Assembly (NCBI GenBank): GCA_030765235.1
Contig: JAVCCW010000029.1
Coordinates: 311,666 to 375,665, forward strand
Reading direction: 5' to 3'
Source of the DNA: Candidatus Gorgyraea atricola
GTDB lineage: Bacteria; Omnitrophota; Gorgyraeia; Gorgyraeales; Gorgyraeaceae
Length of the DNA stretch: 64,000 bases
Within the stretch, counting starts at the first letter, position 1. Each line of letters begins with the position of its first letter. Below, in pieces: positions 1-10,782 of this stretch. The translations under genes were made by a program, and so were the position numbers. The notes beneath the pieces are model-generated. The model saw nothing but the letters and a program-made list of their open reading frames with translations. It searched no databases and was not told the origin of the DNA.

Positions 1-264
1 GAAAAGGACGCGTCCAAGGAAGAGATTAACAGGGTACTTAAGGAAGCAGCTGAAGGAAAACTTAGCAGGGTTTTGGAATATTGTGACAAGCCGCTCGTAA
101 GCAAAGATTTCAATGGCAATCCAAAATCTTCCATAGTCGACGCAGCGCTTACCATTGTAATCGACAAGCGACTAGTAAAGGTCCTGAGCTGGTATGACAA
201 TGAATGGGGCTATTCCTCAAGAGTAGTCGACCTTATCGAGTTCATCGCTAATAAGGGATTGTAG
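1..264 (+). CDS. gap: glyceraldehyde-3-phosphate dehydrogenase, C-terminal fragment (5' end outside window)
   Basis: Frame-1 translation ends ...SWYDNEWGYSSRVVDLIEFIANKGL, a canonical GAPDH C-terminus; followed by pgk-tpiA-secG further downstream. Confidence 0.85.
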   Translation, partial: EKDASKEEINRVLKEAAEGKLSRVLEYCDKPLVSKDFNGNPKSSIVDAALTIVIDKRLVKVLSWYDNEWGYSSRVVDLIEFIANKGL

Positions 265-267
265 TAA

Positions 268-405
268 ATGTTTGTTGTGAGTTGTGAGGGTTGGTTGTGT
301 GTTGTGTGTCGGGTTGTGGGGATGGGTAGTGAGTTCTAACCCCACCCACATAACTCATAACTCGACTCACAACCCACAACTCACCCCAACCCTCACAACA
401 TTAAT
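268..405. repeat. long GT-rich/AC-rich inverted repeat (imperfect hairpin, ~60-nt arms) between gap and glgA
   Basis: gttgtgagttgtgagggttggttgtgtgttgtgtgtcgggttgtgggg...ccccacccacataactcataactcgactcacaacccacaactcaccccaaccctcacaac; arms built of GTTGTGA-like 7-mers. Confidence 0.6.
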
Positions 406-408
406 ATC

Positions 409-1815
409 ATGAATATCCTTTTCGTATCATCAGAAGTATTTCCATTTGCAAAAACAGGAGGGCTTGCCGATGTAGCGGCAGCCCTCCCTGTTGCGCTTTT
501 CAAAAAAGGCCACACCTGCAGCATCATACTCCCGTTTTATAAATGCGTAAAAGAAAGTGGATTTACGCCCGAGCTTTTTAAAAAAGAAAAAGGGTTTGAG
601 CTTTATTTCTTGAATCACGAGGGCGTTAACGTATATTTTATAAAAAAGGACGAGTATTTTGACAGGGATCAGTTATACGGCACGCCGCAGGGCGATTATC
701 CTGACAATGCGCTGCGCTTTGGATTTTTTGCAAAGTCTGTTATTGCGTCCATTCCTCATATTGGAAAAATCGATATACTTCATTGCAATGACTGGCAATC
801 AGCGCTTATCCCGCTTTACATCAGGCTCTTTCACAAAGAGCTCATCGTAAAAATCCTTTTTACAATACACAATATGGCTTATCAGGGCCTTTTTAATCGA
901 GAAGTCATGCGGGTCTTAGGCCTTCCTAAGAATTTATTCACGATGAATAGGCTGGAGTTCTGGGGCAGGCTTAATTTTATGAAGGCAGGCATTATATATT
1001 CTGATGTTCTTAGCACAGTGAGTAAAGGTTATAGCCGTGAGATCCTGACTCAGGAATTTGGATGTGGCCTGGACGGGCTTTTGCAGACGAGGAAAAAAGA
1101 CCTTTACGGTATAGTAAATGGTGCAGATTATTCCATATGGAATCCAGAGACAGATGATCTTATTATTAAAAAATATAGTAAGGATGATTTAAGTGGCAAA
1201 GTAGAATGCAAAAAAGATCTCTTAAAGCAATTTGACATAGAGTATAGCGCTGAGAGACCTGTTATTGGAATGATTACGCGTCTTGCTGAGCAAAAGGGCA
1301 TTGATTTAGTGGCAGACAGCATGGAGGAGATGCTGAATCTAGGTGTAGATTTTGTGCTCCTGGGATTTGGTGACCAGAAATACAATAATATCTTTAAGGA
1401 TCTTGCAAAACGCTACAAGGGCCGCGTTGGCGCAAAAATAGATTTTGACAATGCTCTCGCGCACAAAATAGAAGCAGGAAGCGACATGTTCCTCATGCCA
1501 TCGAGATACGAGCCCTGCGGCCTGAACCAACTCTACAGCATGAAATACGCCACAGTCCCAGTTGTCCGAGCAGTCGGTGGCCTGGACGACACTGTAGAAA
1601 ACTTTAACCCTGCCACAAAAAAAGGCAACGGCTTCAAATTCAAACACGCCACCAAGGATGCGGTGTTATCCGCCATCAAAAAAGCCACATCCCTATACAA
1701 AGACAAACCCTCATGGAGCGCTTTACTCCAAAACTCTCTCTCCTGCGACTTCTCCTGGTCCTCATCCGCTGAGAAGTATGAAGAGCTATACGCTAAACTC
1801 TTAAACTCAAAATAA
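409..1815 (+). CDS. glgA: glycogen synthase (GT5, ADP-glucose type)
   Basis: N-terminus MNILFVSSEVFPFAKTGGLADVAAALP is the hallmark of bacterial glycogen/starch synthase; 468 aa. Confidence 0.85.
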   Translation: MNILFVSSEVFPFAKTGGLADVAAALPVALFKKGHTCSIILPFYKCVKESGFTPELFKKEKGFELYFLNHEGVNVYFIKKDEYFDRDQLYGTPQGDYPDNALRFGFFAKSVIASIPHIGKIDILHCNDWQSALIPLYIRLFHKELIVKILFTIHNMAYQGLFNREVMRVLGLPKNLFTMNRLEFWGRLNFMKAGIIYSDVLSTVSKGYSREILTQEFGCGLDGLLQTRKKDLYGIVNGADYSIWNPETDDLIIKKYSKDDLSGKVECKKDLLKQFDIEYSAERPVIGMITRLAEQKGIDLVADSMEEMLNLGVDFVLLGFGDQKYNNIFKDLAKRYKGRVGAKIDFDNALAHKIEAGSDMFLMPSRYEPCGLNQLYSMKYATVPVVRAVGGLDDTVENFNPATKKGNGFKFKHATKDAVLSAIKKATSLYKDKPSWSALLQNSLSCDFSWSSSAEKYEELYAKLLNSK

Positions 1816-1820
1816 CCCTT

Positions 1821-1852
1821 GACTATGATAGTATCATATGATACTATATATA
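1821..1852 (+). promoter_or_regulatory. putative sigma70 promoter (TTGACT-17-TACTAT) overlapping a perfect 20-bp palindrome ATAGTATCATATGATACTAT (possible autoregulatory operator of fic)
   Basis: cttgactatgatagtatcatatgatactatatatagtATG read directly from the sequence. Confidence 0.4.
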
Positions 1853-1854
1853 GT

Positions 1855-2814
1855 ATGAGACCGGTATTTGAAGTTACTTTAAAGATCCTTAACCTATGCA
1901 CGCGTATTACCCGTCTTTTAGGGCAATATGAGGGTCTAAAGCAGCCAAGGCCACAACCCATTCTTCGTAGGCACAGCCGTATTAAAAGCATCCAATCTTC
2001 TTTAGCCATCGAAGGCAATAGCCTTACAGAAGACCAGATCACAGACCTTTTAAATAATAAAAGGGTTATCGGGCCTGCAAAAGATATCCTTGAGGCAAAA
2101 AATGCCATTAAGGCTTATGATGTATTGCGAAGCTATCGTATCTATAACATCAAGTCTTTTCTATCCGCGCATAAAACCATGACGCGTGGTTTAGTAAAAG
2201 ATGCAGGAGAGTTAAGAAACAGTAATGTCGGTATATTCAAGGGTGAAAAAGTAGCGCATGTTGCTCCTAAGTTTCAGCTTGTGCCTAAGCTCATGGATGA
2301 ACTTTTTCAATTTCTAAAAGAAGAATCCGATATTCACCCTTTAGTAAAGTCCAGTGTCTTTCATTATGAGATTGAGTTTATCCATCCATTTACTGATGGC
2401 AATGGACGCATGGGCCGGCTATGGCAATCAGCTATTCTTTTAGACTATCATCCTATGTTCGAATATATCCCTATTGAGTCAATAATCAAGAAGAAGCAGA
2501 AAGGGTATTATCAAGTTTTATCAGAAGCTGATAAGACGGGCACTTGTACCAAGTTTATCGAGTTTATACTAGCGGCCATTCACCAGTCAGCCAAGGAATT
2601 TTTTGCAGAACTTAGGCCCGAGGCAGAGACCATAGAGACGAGAATTGCTTTAGCCAAAAGCCATTTTCATAAACGTCGTTTCTCAAGAAAAGAGTACCTG
2701 ATTTTCCATAAGAATATTTCAACAGCTACAGCCAGTCGCGACCTCTTATTCGGAGTCAAACATAAAATCCTTAAAAAATCAGGAAAAAGAGCCCTGACCC
2801 GCTATAAATTTTGA
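1855..2814 (+). CDS. Fic family protein (class II, intrinsic inhibitory helix)
   Basis: Fic motif HPFTDGNGRMGRL; upstream SLAIEGN matches the [S/T]xxxE[G/N] inhibitory motif. ORF track starts at 1819 but the promoter lies inside that extension, so ATG 1855 (MRPVFEV) is the likely start. Confidence 0.75.
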   Translation: MRPVFEVTLKILNLCTRITRLLGQYEGLKQPRPQPILRRHSRIKSIQSSLAIEGNSLTEDQITDLLNNKRVIGPAKDILEAKNAIKAYDVLRSYRIYNIKSFLSAHKTMTRGLVKDAGELRNSNVGIFKGEKVAHVAPKFQLVPKLMDELFQFLKEESDIHPLVKSSVFHYEIEFIHPFTDGNGRMGRLWQSAILLDYHPMFEYIPIESIIKKKQKGYYQVLSEADKTGTCTKFIEFILAAIHQSAKEFFAELRPEAETIETRIALAKSHFHKRRFSRKEYLIFHKNISTATASRDLLFGVKHKILKKSGKRALTRYKF

Positions 2815-2861
2815 GGTTCATTTCTCGACACATTTGTCCATCTATGTTATAATAAACCATC

Positions 2862-4835
2862 ATGAATAAAGTTTATTTTGCTTTAGGTCTGCATTTTCAC
2901 CAGCCTGTTGGGAATTTTAGTGAGATCTTGGAGCGGGCGTATGAGAAGTGTTATAAGCCATTTCTGGAGGTCTATTCTAAGTATCCTAATATAAAGATGT
3001 CCCTGCATCTCTCTGGTAATCTCCTGGATTATTTTGAGAAAGCGCATCCTGAGTTTTTGGATAAGGTCAAAGCTCTTATTGATCGCGGTCAGGTGGAGAT
3101 CATGGGAGGAGGATATTACGAGCCTATACTACAGGCAATACCGCAGAAGGATAGGGTTGGCCAGATAGAGATGCTTTCAAGGTATTTTGAGAATAGATTT
3201 GGAAAAAGGCCAACTGGCTTGTGGGTGCCGGAAAGGGTATGGTCTCCTGAGATAATACCAGATCTAGCTAAGTGCAACATGAAGTATGCTGTTTTAGATG
3301 ACGCGCATCTAATAAAAGCAGGCGTTAGCGAGGATGATTTATACGGGTATTTCATGACTCAGGACAAGGATACAAAGATCGCTATATTTCCTTCAGACAA
3401 GGCTCTTCGTTACATAATACCTTTCAGGCCGCCCCGCGATACAATAGATTACTTCAGGGACATTGCAAGGAAAAAGACTGCACCGCTATTCATCTATGGG
3501 GATGATGCTGAGAAATTCGGGGAATGGCCTTATACGCATGACTGGGTGTATAAAAAAGGCTGGCTGGATAGTTTTTTTAAAAGCCTTACCAGGAATCAAC
3601 AGTGGATAGAGACGATCAGGTTTTCTGATTACTTGTCGCTATTCCAGCCCCTAAAAGAGCTCCATGTCCCAGAGGCATCTTATGAGGAGATGATGGAGTG
3701 GGCAAATGGATCGTGGATGAATTATTTAGAGCGCTATCCTGAGTCAAATCAGATGCACAAGCGAATGACGCTTATAAGCGAGAGGGTCACAGGCCTGGTT
3801 AATAGCCCGCACTTTGAAGCTAACAGGAATAAGGTTATAGAGGCGAGAAGGGAATTATATAAAGGCCAGACTAATTGCCCGTACTGGCACGGTGTATTTG
3901 GTGGGATCTACATGCATCATTTAAGGGGCGCAGTGTACGAGCATCTTATAAATGCGGACAGGATCTGCGACGAAGTAGAGGAAACATATCAAAATGGCTC
4001 TGTCAATACAAGGGATATTGATTTTTACAATGATGGCAATAGCACTGTGATCTGCGAGAACAAGGATTTTTTTCTATGCATAGATCCTGCGAGCGGAGGC
4101 GTTATAAGGGAACTGGACTATAAGCCAAGGTCAGTTAATTTTGTAAATACGCTTGCAAGACGTAAAGAATCTTATCATACGAAGATTTTGGAAAGGATCA
4201 ATAATAAGGTCACTGAGCCGCTCGCGATCCAAGAGGCTATTAAGAAGGTGGATCCCAGGATCAAGAAGGGGATTTTTTATGATAAGTTCAAGAGGGCGTG
4301 CCTGGTGGATCATTTTATAGATAAGGATCTGGAGAAGAATGATTTTGCGGATTGTAATTATGCTGATGATGGAGATTTTGCAGAGGGCCGCTATAATGTT
4401 GCGGAAGAAGAAGGCAGAGTTCTTTTGTCGCGCACAGGAAAACTCGGAGATAAATCAATAGAGGTTATGAAGGCGGTTTCTCTTTCGTCTGCTAAAGAAG
4501 TGGGGATTGTTTACACTTTGAAGAATAAGAGTAGCTCTAGAATCAATACATGTTTTGGCACAGAGCTAAACATAGCTATGCCCGGCGGCGAGACTGATAA
4601 GTTCGTAAGATCCGGCAATGCGTTTTCTGTAAAGGATGCGCAAGGCGCGCTGGAGCTTGATTTTATATTTTCCAAAAAGCCAGACAAGTTCTGGCACTTT
4701 CCAGTCCACACAGTCTCCCAATCAGAACGCGCGTACAGCCTGAGCTACCAGTCCCTGTGCATTTTCCCGATCTGGAACATAAAACTAGGCGCAGGAGAAG
4801 AATTCGAATTTTCCATAAGACTGATCGTGGTATGA
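2862..4835 (+). CDS. glycoside hydrolase family 57 (alpha-glucan-acting: amylase / branching enzyme / glucanotransferase type)
   Basis: N-terminal MNKVYFALGLHFHQPVGNF (the HQP motif of GH57); 657 aa; sits next to glgA. Confidence 0.8.
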   Translation: MNKVYFALGLHFHQPVGNFSEILERAYEKCYKPFLEVYSKYPNIKMSLHLSGNLLDYFEKAHPEFLDKVKALIDRGQVEIMGGGYYEPILQAIPQKDRVGQIEMLSRYFENRFGKRPTGLWVPERVWSPEIIPDLAKCNMKYAVLDDAHLIKAGVSEDDLYGYFMTQDKDTKIAIFPSDKALRYIIPFRPPRDTIDYFRDIARKKTAPLFIYGDDAEKFGEWPYTHDWVYKKGWLDSFFKSLTRNQQWIETIRFSDYLSLFQPLKELHVPEASYEEMMEWANGSWMNYLERYPESNQMHKRMTLISERVTGLVNSPHFEANRNKVIEARRELYKGQTNCPYWHGVFGGIYMHHLRGAVYEHLINADRICDEVEETYQNGSVNTRDIDFYNDGNSTVICENKDFFLCIDPASGGVIRELDYKPRSVNFVNTLARRKESYHTKILERINNKVTEPLAIQEAIKKVDPRIKKGIFYDKFKRACLVDHFIDKDLEKNDFADCNYADDGDFAEGRYNVAEEEGRVLLSRTGKLGDKSIEVMKAVSLSSAKEVGIVYTLKNKSSSRINTCFGTELNIAMPGGETDKFVRSGNAFSVKDAQGALELDFIFSKKPDKFWHFPVHTVSQSERAYSLSYQSLCIFPIWNIKLGAGEEFEFSIRLIVV

Positions 4836-4841
4836 TTAGCT

Positions 4842-4880
4842 AAAGTAGACAAAACAGACAATGACTGTTTTGTCTACTTT
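4842..4880. terminator. hairpin aaagtagacaaaacag-N8-ctgttttgtctacttt after the GH57 gene; repeated element (second copy 48853-48891)
   Basis: perfect 16-bp stem, T-rich 3' side; identical stem found again at 48.85 kb. Confidence 0.6.
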
Positions 4881-4939
4881 TCAGTTGCATCCCACACATA
4901 TTTATGCTATAAATAATAGCTTATTAAGGGTGGAGGAGT

Positions 4940-6133
4940 TTGTCCATGAATAAGAAGACTATAAAGGATATTGAGATTAAGGGTAAGCGGGTTTTGATGC
5001 GGGTGGATTTTAATGTGCCGTTGGATAAGGATTTGAGGATATCTGACGATACTCGTATACGCGCAGCGCTGCCTACTATAAAATATGCTGTGGAGCAGGG
5101 CGCAAAGGTGGTTTTGATGAGCCATCTTGGTCGGCCTAAGGGGCAGGTAGTTGATTCTATGAGACTGACACCTATTGCTGAGCGGCTTTCTGAGCTTTTA
5201 GGTAAGCCTGTTAAGAAACTGGATGAGTGTGTTGGCGCTGATGTAAAAAAGGTTGTATCTGGCATGAAGGTCGGAGATGTGGTTTTGCTTGAGAATCTCA
5301 GGTTTCATGCTGAGGAGACAAAGAATAATCCTGATTTTGCAAAGAAACTTGCTGCGCTGGGCGATGTTTATGTAAATGACGCGTTTGGTACTGCTCATCG
5401 GGCTCATGCTTCTACAGAAGGCGTTACAAAATTTATAAAGATCTCTGCTGCAGGATTTTTACTTGGCAAGGAGATTGAGTATTTTGATAAAGCCCTTTCT
5501 GATCCGCCAAAGCCATTTGTGGCAATACTGGGCGGCGCAAAGGTATCAGATAAGATCATGGTGATCGAGAATCTTTTGGAAAAGGTGCATGCGATTCTTA
5601 TTGGTGGCGGCATGGCCTATACATTTATTAAGGCAGAGGGTAAAGAGATAGGAAATTCCAAGCTAGAGGCAGATAAGATAGATGTTGCAAAGTCACTGAT
5701 AGAAAAGGCAAAGGCAAAGGGTGTAAAGATATTATTGCCTGTGGATCATTTGATCGCTGACAAGATCGATGCATATAGTAACACCAAGGTCGTAGATGAG
5801 ACCATACCAGTTAACTGGATGGGTGTTGATATCGGACCCAAGACAGTGGATGAATTTAAGAAAGAATTGCGCAATGCCAAGATGATCATATGGAACGGGC
5901 CTTTAGGAATATTTGAAATATCGAAATTCGCAAGAGGCACAGAGGATGTGGCAAGATTTGTTGCAGGACTTGATAAGGCAATCACGATCATAGGCGGAGG
6001 CGACACAGCAAGCGCAATATCAAAGTTTGGATTAGAGAATGCAATGACGCACATCTCCACAGGAGGCGGAGCGTCATTAGAATACATGGAAGGCAAGGTG
6101 CTGCCAGGTATCGCAGCACTCAACGACAAATAG
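4940..6133 (+). CDS. pgk: phosphoglycerate kinase
   Basis: RVDFNVPLD..., [17 protein letters not shown] motifs; 397 aa. Confidence 0.9.
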   Translation: MSMNKKTIKDIEIKGKRVLMRVDFNVPLDKDLRISDDTRIRAALPTIKYAVEQGAKVVLMSHLGRPKGQVVDSMRLTPIAERLSELLGKPVKKLDECVGADVKKVVSGMKVGDVVLLENLRFHAEETKNNPDFAKKLAALGDVYVNDAFGTAHRAHASTEGVTKFIKISAAGFLLGKEIEYFDKALSDPPKPFVAILGGAKVSDKIMVIENLLEKVHAILIGGGMAYTFIKAEGKEIGNSKLEADKIDVAKSLIEKAKAKGVKILLPVDHLIADKIDAYSNTKVVDETIPVNWMGVDIGPKTVDEFKKELRNAKMIIWNGPLGIFEISKFARGTEDVARFVAGLDKAITIIGGGDTASAISKFGLENAMTHISTGGGASLEYMEGKVLPGIAALNDK

Positions 6134-6142
6134 GAGATATAG

Positions 6143-6901
6143 ATGAGACGACCGATTATTGCTGGAAACTGGAAGATGAATAAGACTGTACAAGAGGCCA
6201 TGGATGTGGCTGTAGGGTTAAAGAGAAAATTCTATACTTTTTCAGAGGCAGATGTTGTGATATGTCCTCCATTTACAGCGCTCAGTAAAATACATGATGA
6301 GATAATAGACTCGAGCATAATGCTGGGGGCGCAGGATATGTATTGGGAGGCAGAGGGTGCTTTTACAGGAGAGATCTCGCCCAATATGCTAAGGGATGCT
6401 GGATGCAGATATGTGATCATAGGCCATTCTGAGAGAAGGCATATATTTGGAGAGACAGATGAAGATGTAAATAAAAAGCTCAAGATCGTGCTAAAACATG
6501 GCATGGTTCCTATAATGTGTGTTGGCGAAAAGCTTGAGGAACGGGACAATGGCATGACATTTGAAGTATTGGAAAAGCAGCTATCAAGGGGCTTAAAGGA
6601 TTTTCAGAAGGATGAGGTAATGCGTATTGTCATAGCTTATGAGCCAGTGTGGGCAATTGGCACAGGAAGGACTGCCACGCCGCAGCAGGCGCAGGAGGCG
6701 CATAAGTTTATCCGGGATTTTATAGAGCGCACTTATACTAAAGAGGCAGCTGTGAAAGTCAGGATACAGTATGGTGGAAGCGTAAAACCTGATAACATTT
6801 CAAATCTTATGTCGCAGGAAGATGTAGATGGCGCGCTGGTGGGCGGCGCAAGCCTTGATGTAAATTCATTCACGGAAATAGTTAAAAACGCTGTTTTATA
6901 A
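6143..6901 (+). CDS. tpiA: triosephosphate isomerase
   Basis: RRPIIAGNWKMN start, IGHSERR, AYEPVWAIGTG motifs. Confidence 0.9.
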   Translation: MRRPIIAGNWKMNKTVQEAMDVAVGLKRKFYTFSEADVVICPPFTALSKIHDEIIDSSIMLGAQDMYWEAEGAFTGEISPNMLRDAGCRYVIIGHSERRHIFGETDEDVNKKLKIVLKHGMVPIMCVGEKLEERDNGMTFEVLEKQLSRGLKDFQKDEVMRIVIAYEPVWAIGTGRTATPQQAQEAHKFIRDFIERTYTKEAAVKVRIQYGGSVKPDNISNLMSQEDVDGALVGGASLDVNSFTEIVKNAVL

Positions 6902-6910
6902 GGAGGCAAA

Positions 6911-7282
6911 ATGTACGGAGTGATCATTACTATACATGTAATCGCGAGTATCTTTTTGATACTGGTAATACTCTTGCAGGCGGGAAGAGGCGGAGGTCTG
7001 GCTGATTCATTCGGTGGTTCGCAGATGCAGAGCATGTTTGGCACAAAGAGCGCAAATGTACTTTCAAAGCTTACTGCTATATGCGCAGTCGCATTTATAG
7101 TAACGTGTCTGACTCTTGCGATTATTTCGAGCCGCAGGTCTAAATCTGTCGTAGATAAGGTTAATATACCTGCGCCTGTGTCAGTACCCCAGCAAACAAC
7201 AACAGTTGATGTTAGTGTTGCAGAGCCAGAAGCAGAGGCAACTACTATAACTCCAGACCAGACGCAAGAGGAAGCTGAATAA
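6911..7282 (+). CDS. secG: preprotein translocase subunit SecG
   Basis: ILVILLQAGRGGGLADSFGG motif; conserved gap-pgk-tpi-secG synteny. Confidence 0.8.
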   Translation: MYGVIITIHVIASIFLILVILLQAGRGGGLADSFGGSQMQSMFGTKSANVLSKLTAICAVAFIVTCLTLAIISSRRSKSVVDKVNIPAPVSVPQQTTTVDVSVAEPEAEATTITPDQTQEEAE

Positions 7283-7296
7283 GGTCTAATTTAATT

Positions 7297-8904
7297 ATGC
7301 ATGAGGACATGCTTAAAATTATAAGGGCCGTCTTTAAAAAGGCGGCCCTTTTGTTTTTATTGTTAGGTCTTTTAGGATTCAGGCCTGATTATGGGGATGC
7401 GATCGTGGCTGGCTCCATTGGCGAGCCGCGCACACTCATTCCTATATTAGCGTCTGATTCTGCGTCAGGCGCGATCTGTGGACTTGTATTCAATGGCCTT
7501 GTGAAATACGATAAGGATCTGAATTTAGTCGGAGACCTGGCTGAGACATGGGATGTCTCAGAAGACGGGCTTGAGATCACATTTTATTTAAGAAAAGGTG
7601 TAAGGTGGCACGACGGCGCGCCTTTTACAGCAAGGGATGTGGAATTTACTTATAAAAGCCTGATCGATCCGAATGTAAGGACAGCGTATAGCGGTGATTT
7701 TCAGATGGTTGAGAAATTCGATGTCTTGGATGACTATAGATTAAAGGTCACGTATAAAGAGCCGTTCTCGCCAGGCCTTTCGAGCTGGGGCATGAATATT
7801 ATGCCGCGACATTTGCTTGAGAAAGAGGATCTAAATAAAACAGAATTTTCAAGATCGCCCATTGGCACAGGGCGATATAAATTTAGTCTCTGGAAAACAG
7901 GAGAGAGACTTGAGCTCGTCTCGAATCATGATTATTTTGAAGGGCGGCCGCATATTGATAGATATATTTACAGGATCATACCTGACCAGGCAACCATGTT
8001 TCTGGAGCTGCGCTCAGAGGGCGTAGATTATATTGGGCTTACGCCTTTACAATTCAGCCGCCAGACACAGACAAAATTTTTCAAAGAAGATTTTCAAAAG
8101 TTTCGCTTTCCGAGTTTTGGTTATACATATCTGGGATACAGTTTAAAGGATCCGAGGTTTCAGGATCTAAAGGTCAGGCAGGCAATAAATTATGCAATAG
8201 ATAAGGAAGAGATTATTCGCGGCGTACTTCTGGGTCTTGGTAGGGTTGCAACAGGACCTTTTTTGCCAGAGTCATGGGCATACAATAAGGATGTTAAGGC
8301 CATAGGTTATAATCCTGATAAGGCGAGGCTGCTTTTGAAGGAAGCTGGGTGGCAGGATAGAGATGGTGACGGGATTTTAGAAAAAGATGGCGGGAAATTT
8401 TCATTTACTGTTGTTACAAATCAGGGAAATGAGCAGCGCAGGATGACAGCTGAGATTATTCAGCGCAGGCTCAAAGAAGTAGGCATTGAGCTTAAGATAA
8501 AGATAATCGAATGGAGTTCTTTTGTGAGTGAATTTATTGACAAGCGCAGGTTTGAAGCTGTGCTTTTAGGCTGGGGCCTTGGCCAGGACCCTGATATGTA
8601 TGATATCTGGCATTCGTCAAAGACAAAAGAGGGCGAATTTAATTTTGTTGGGTATGGAAATAAAGAGGTGGATGGGTTGCTTTTAGAAGGCCGCCGCACT
8701 TTTGATCAAAACGAACGCGCAAGGATCTATCACAGGATCCATGAGATCCTTTACGAGGAGCAGCCGTATCTATTTTTATACGTTCCAGACAGTCTGCCTA
8801 TTATTCATGGCAGGTTTAAAGGCATTGAGGTCGGCGCAGCAGGCATTGGCCATAATTTCATAGAGTGGTACGTGTCGAAAAGCGAACAGAAATACATAAG
8901 ATAG
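7297..8904 (+). CDS. ABC transporter substrate-binding protein, family 5 (oligopeptide/dipeptide/nickel)
   Basis: 535-aa SBP_bac_5-like protein with N-terminal signal/anchor, followed by OppBCDF-type genes. Confidence 0.8.
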   Translation: MHEDMLKIIRAVFKKAALLFLLLGLLGFRPDYGDAIVAGSIGEPRTLIPILASDSASGAICGLVFNGLVKYDKDLNLVGDLAETWDVSEDGLEITFYLRKGVRWHDGAPFTARDVEFTYKSLIDPNVRTAYSGDFQMVEKFDVLDDYRLKVTYKEPFSPGLSSWGMNIMPRHLLEKEDLNKTEFSRSPIGTGRYKFSLWKTGERLELVSNHDYFEGRPHIDRYIYRIIPDQATMFLELRSEGVDYIGLTPLQFSRQTQTKFFKEDFQKFRFPSFGYTYLGYSLKDPRFQDLKVRQAINYAIDKEEIIRGVLLGLGRVATGPFLPESWAYNKDVKAIGYNPDKARLLLKEAGWQDRDGDGILEKDGGKFSFTVVTNQGNEQRRMTAEIIQRRLKEVGIELKIKIIEWSSFVSEFIDKRRFEAVLLGWGLGQDPDMYDIWHSSKTKEGEFNFVGYGNKEVDGLLLEGRRTFDQNERARIYHRIHEILYEEQPYLFLYVPDSLPIIHGRFKGIEVGAAGIGHNFIEWYVSKSEQKYIR

Positions 8905-8914
8905 CGCGTTAAAA

Positions 8915-8933
8915 GCCGAGGTCCAGCCTCGGC
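8915..8933. repeat. palindrome GCCGAGGTCCAGCCTCGGC between SBP and permease genes; same palindrome reused as a terminator at 18163-18181
   Basis: exact 19-nt palindrome at both sites. Confidence 0.5.
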
Positions 8934-8938
8934 AGGAT

Positions 8939-9910
8939 ATGATTAAATATATTTTTCGTAGAATAATAGGGCTAATTCCACTTCTCCTGGGTATAACCAT
9001 AATTACCTTTGCAGTGATACATCTTGCGCCAGGTAAGCCCACTGACATGGAGACGCAATTTAATCCAAAGGTCTCGCTCGAGGCCAGGCAGAGGATGATG
9101 ACTTTGTATGGGCTGGATAAGCCTATTCATGTGCAGTATACAGATTGGCTCAAAAGGCTTTTGCGATTTGATTTCGGTGTTTCTTTTGTTGATTCAAGGC
9201 CAGTCATTAAAAAGATAGGTGAGCGCATACCAGTTACGCTTGGCATAAATCTTGCATCAATGATCTTGATCTTATTGATCGCTATTCCTATAGGCGTGAG
9301 CTCTGCAGTAAAAGAGAAAAGTTTCTATGATAGATCAATGACAGTGTTCGTGTTCATTGGTTTTGCCATACCTACTTTCTGGCTGAGCTTGATGCTTATG
9401 GATCTTGTAGGTGTGCGGTGGGGGCTTTTGCCTGTCTCAGGCATAAAGTCGTTGGAGTTCGATAAGTTTAATTTTGTTGAGAAGGTGATTGATATTGCGC
9501 GGCATTTAATCCTGCCTGTTATTGTTTCAGCATTCGGAGGCCTTGCTGGGATCTCACGATATATGCGCAGTAACATGGTGCATGTCTTGAAACAGGATTA
9601 TATCAGGACTGCAAGGGCAAAGGGTCTGAAGGAAAAAGATGTGATTTATAAGCACGCTCTAAAGAATGCGCTTTTGCCAGTCGTGACTATTTTAGGATTA
9701 TCAGTGCCAGGCCTTATAGGCGGCAGTGTTATATTTGAATCGATTTTCAGCATCCCTGGTATGGGCAGACTTTTTTACGAATCAGTAATGGCTCGGGATT
9801 ATCCTGTGATTATGGGAGTCTTAGTGATTGGCGCAGCACTGACCTTATTAGGAAATCTCCTGGCAGATGTCTCTTACGCAGCAGTTGATCCAAGGATAAA
9901 GTATGAATAA
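8939..9910 (+). CDS. ABC transporter permease (OppB/DppB type)
   Basis: [33 protein letters not shown]-terminus typical of DppB/OppB; multiple TM segments. Confidence 0.85.
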   Translation: MIKYIFRRIIGLIPLLLGITIITFAVIHLAPGKPTDMETQFNPKVSLEARQRMMTLYGLDKPIHVQYTDWLKRLLRFDFGVSFVDSRPVIKKIGERIPVTLGINLASMILILLIAIPIGVSSAVKEKSFYDRSMTVFVFIGFAIPTFWLSLMLMDLVGVRWGLLPVSGIKSLEFDKFNFVEKVIDIARHLILPVIVSAFGGLAGISRYMRSNMVHVLKQDYIRTARAKGLKEKDVIYKHALKNALLPVVTILGLSVPGLIGGSVIFESIFSIPGMGRLFYESVMARDYPVIMGVLVIGAALTLLGNLLADVSYAAVDPRIKYE

Positions 9911-10697
9911 ATTAATGATTTTTGGAATCGTAATTGTGGCCTTTTTTGCAATAATAGCAATCCTTGCGCCATTTATTGCACCTTATGATCCTGGCAAGAT
10001 TGATATTGAAAATATTCTTATAGGGCCGTCAAAGGCGCATCTTTTTGGTACTGATAGTCTGGGCAGGGATTTATTTAGCCGCATGGTTTATGGCACGCGC
10101 ATATCTTTATTGGTCGGCCTGATAGCAGTGGGTATTTCTGCGCTTATTGGAATTTTACTGGGGTCAATCGCAGGCTATTACGGCAGGTGGGTGGATCTCT
10201 TGATCATGAGATTTGTAGATATCATGCTTTGTTTCCCAACATTTTTTCTAATATTAGCTGTGATCGCGCTTTTAGAGCCAAGTATAGTGAACATTATGCT
10301 TATAATCGGCATTACGAGCTGGATGGGTGTTGCGCGACTCATCAGGGCAGAGATATTGAGTTTAAAGGAAAGGGATTTTATATACGCTGAGAGGGCGATC
10401 GGCGCAAGTGACTTCAGGATCATCGTAAAGCACCTGATCCCCAATGCCATGGCGCCTGTACTCGTGAGCATCACCCTTGGCATCGCAGCTGCGATTTTAG
10501 TGGAGTCGAGTCTGAGCTTCCTGGGCATAGGCGTGCAGCCACCCACGCCAAGCTGGGGCAACATCTTGAGTGAGGGCAAATCCGTAATGGGCGCAGCCTG
10601 GTGGATGATGCTATTCCCAGGCCTGGCGATTTTCATAACAGTGTTAGGCTATAACCTTCTCGGCGAAGGCCTTCGCGAGAAACTTTTAAAGACTTAA
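9903..10697 (+). CDS. ABC transporter permease (OppC/DppC type)
   Basis: BPD_transp_1-like membrane protein overlapping upstream permease by 8 nt. Confidence 0.85.
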   Translation: MNKLMIFGIVIVAFFAIIAILAPFIAPYDPGKIDIENILIGPSKAHLFGTDSLGRDLFSRMVYGTRISLLVGLIAVGISALIGILLGSIAGYYGRWVDLLIMRFVDIMLCFPTFFLILAVIALLEPSIVNIMLIIGITSWMGVARLIRAEILSLKERDFIYAERAIGASDFRIIVKHLIPNAMAPVLVSITLGIAAAILVESSLSFLGIGVQPPTPSWGNILSEGKSVMGAAWWMMLFPGLAIFITVLGYNLLGEGLREKLLKT

Positions 10698-10715
10698 GTT
10701 GACAGTTTAGCCAGG

Positions 10716-10761
10716 CTCCTCCTCTGTAGGCCAGGTTTAAACCTGGCCTACAGAGGAGGAG
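10716..10761. repeat. perfect palindrome CTCCTCCTCTGTAGGCCAGGTTTAAACCTGGCCTACAGAGGAGGAG (REP-like; related copy at 18955-19012)
   Basis: seen directly; centred on GTTTAAAC. Confidence 0.6.
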
Positions 10762-10782
10762 TAAAGTTGAGGAAAAATAGGC

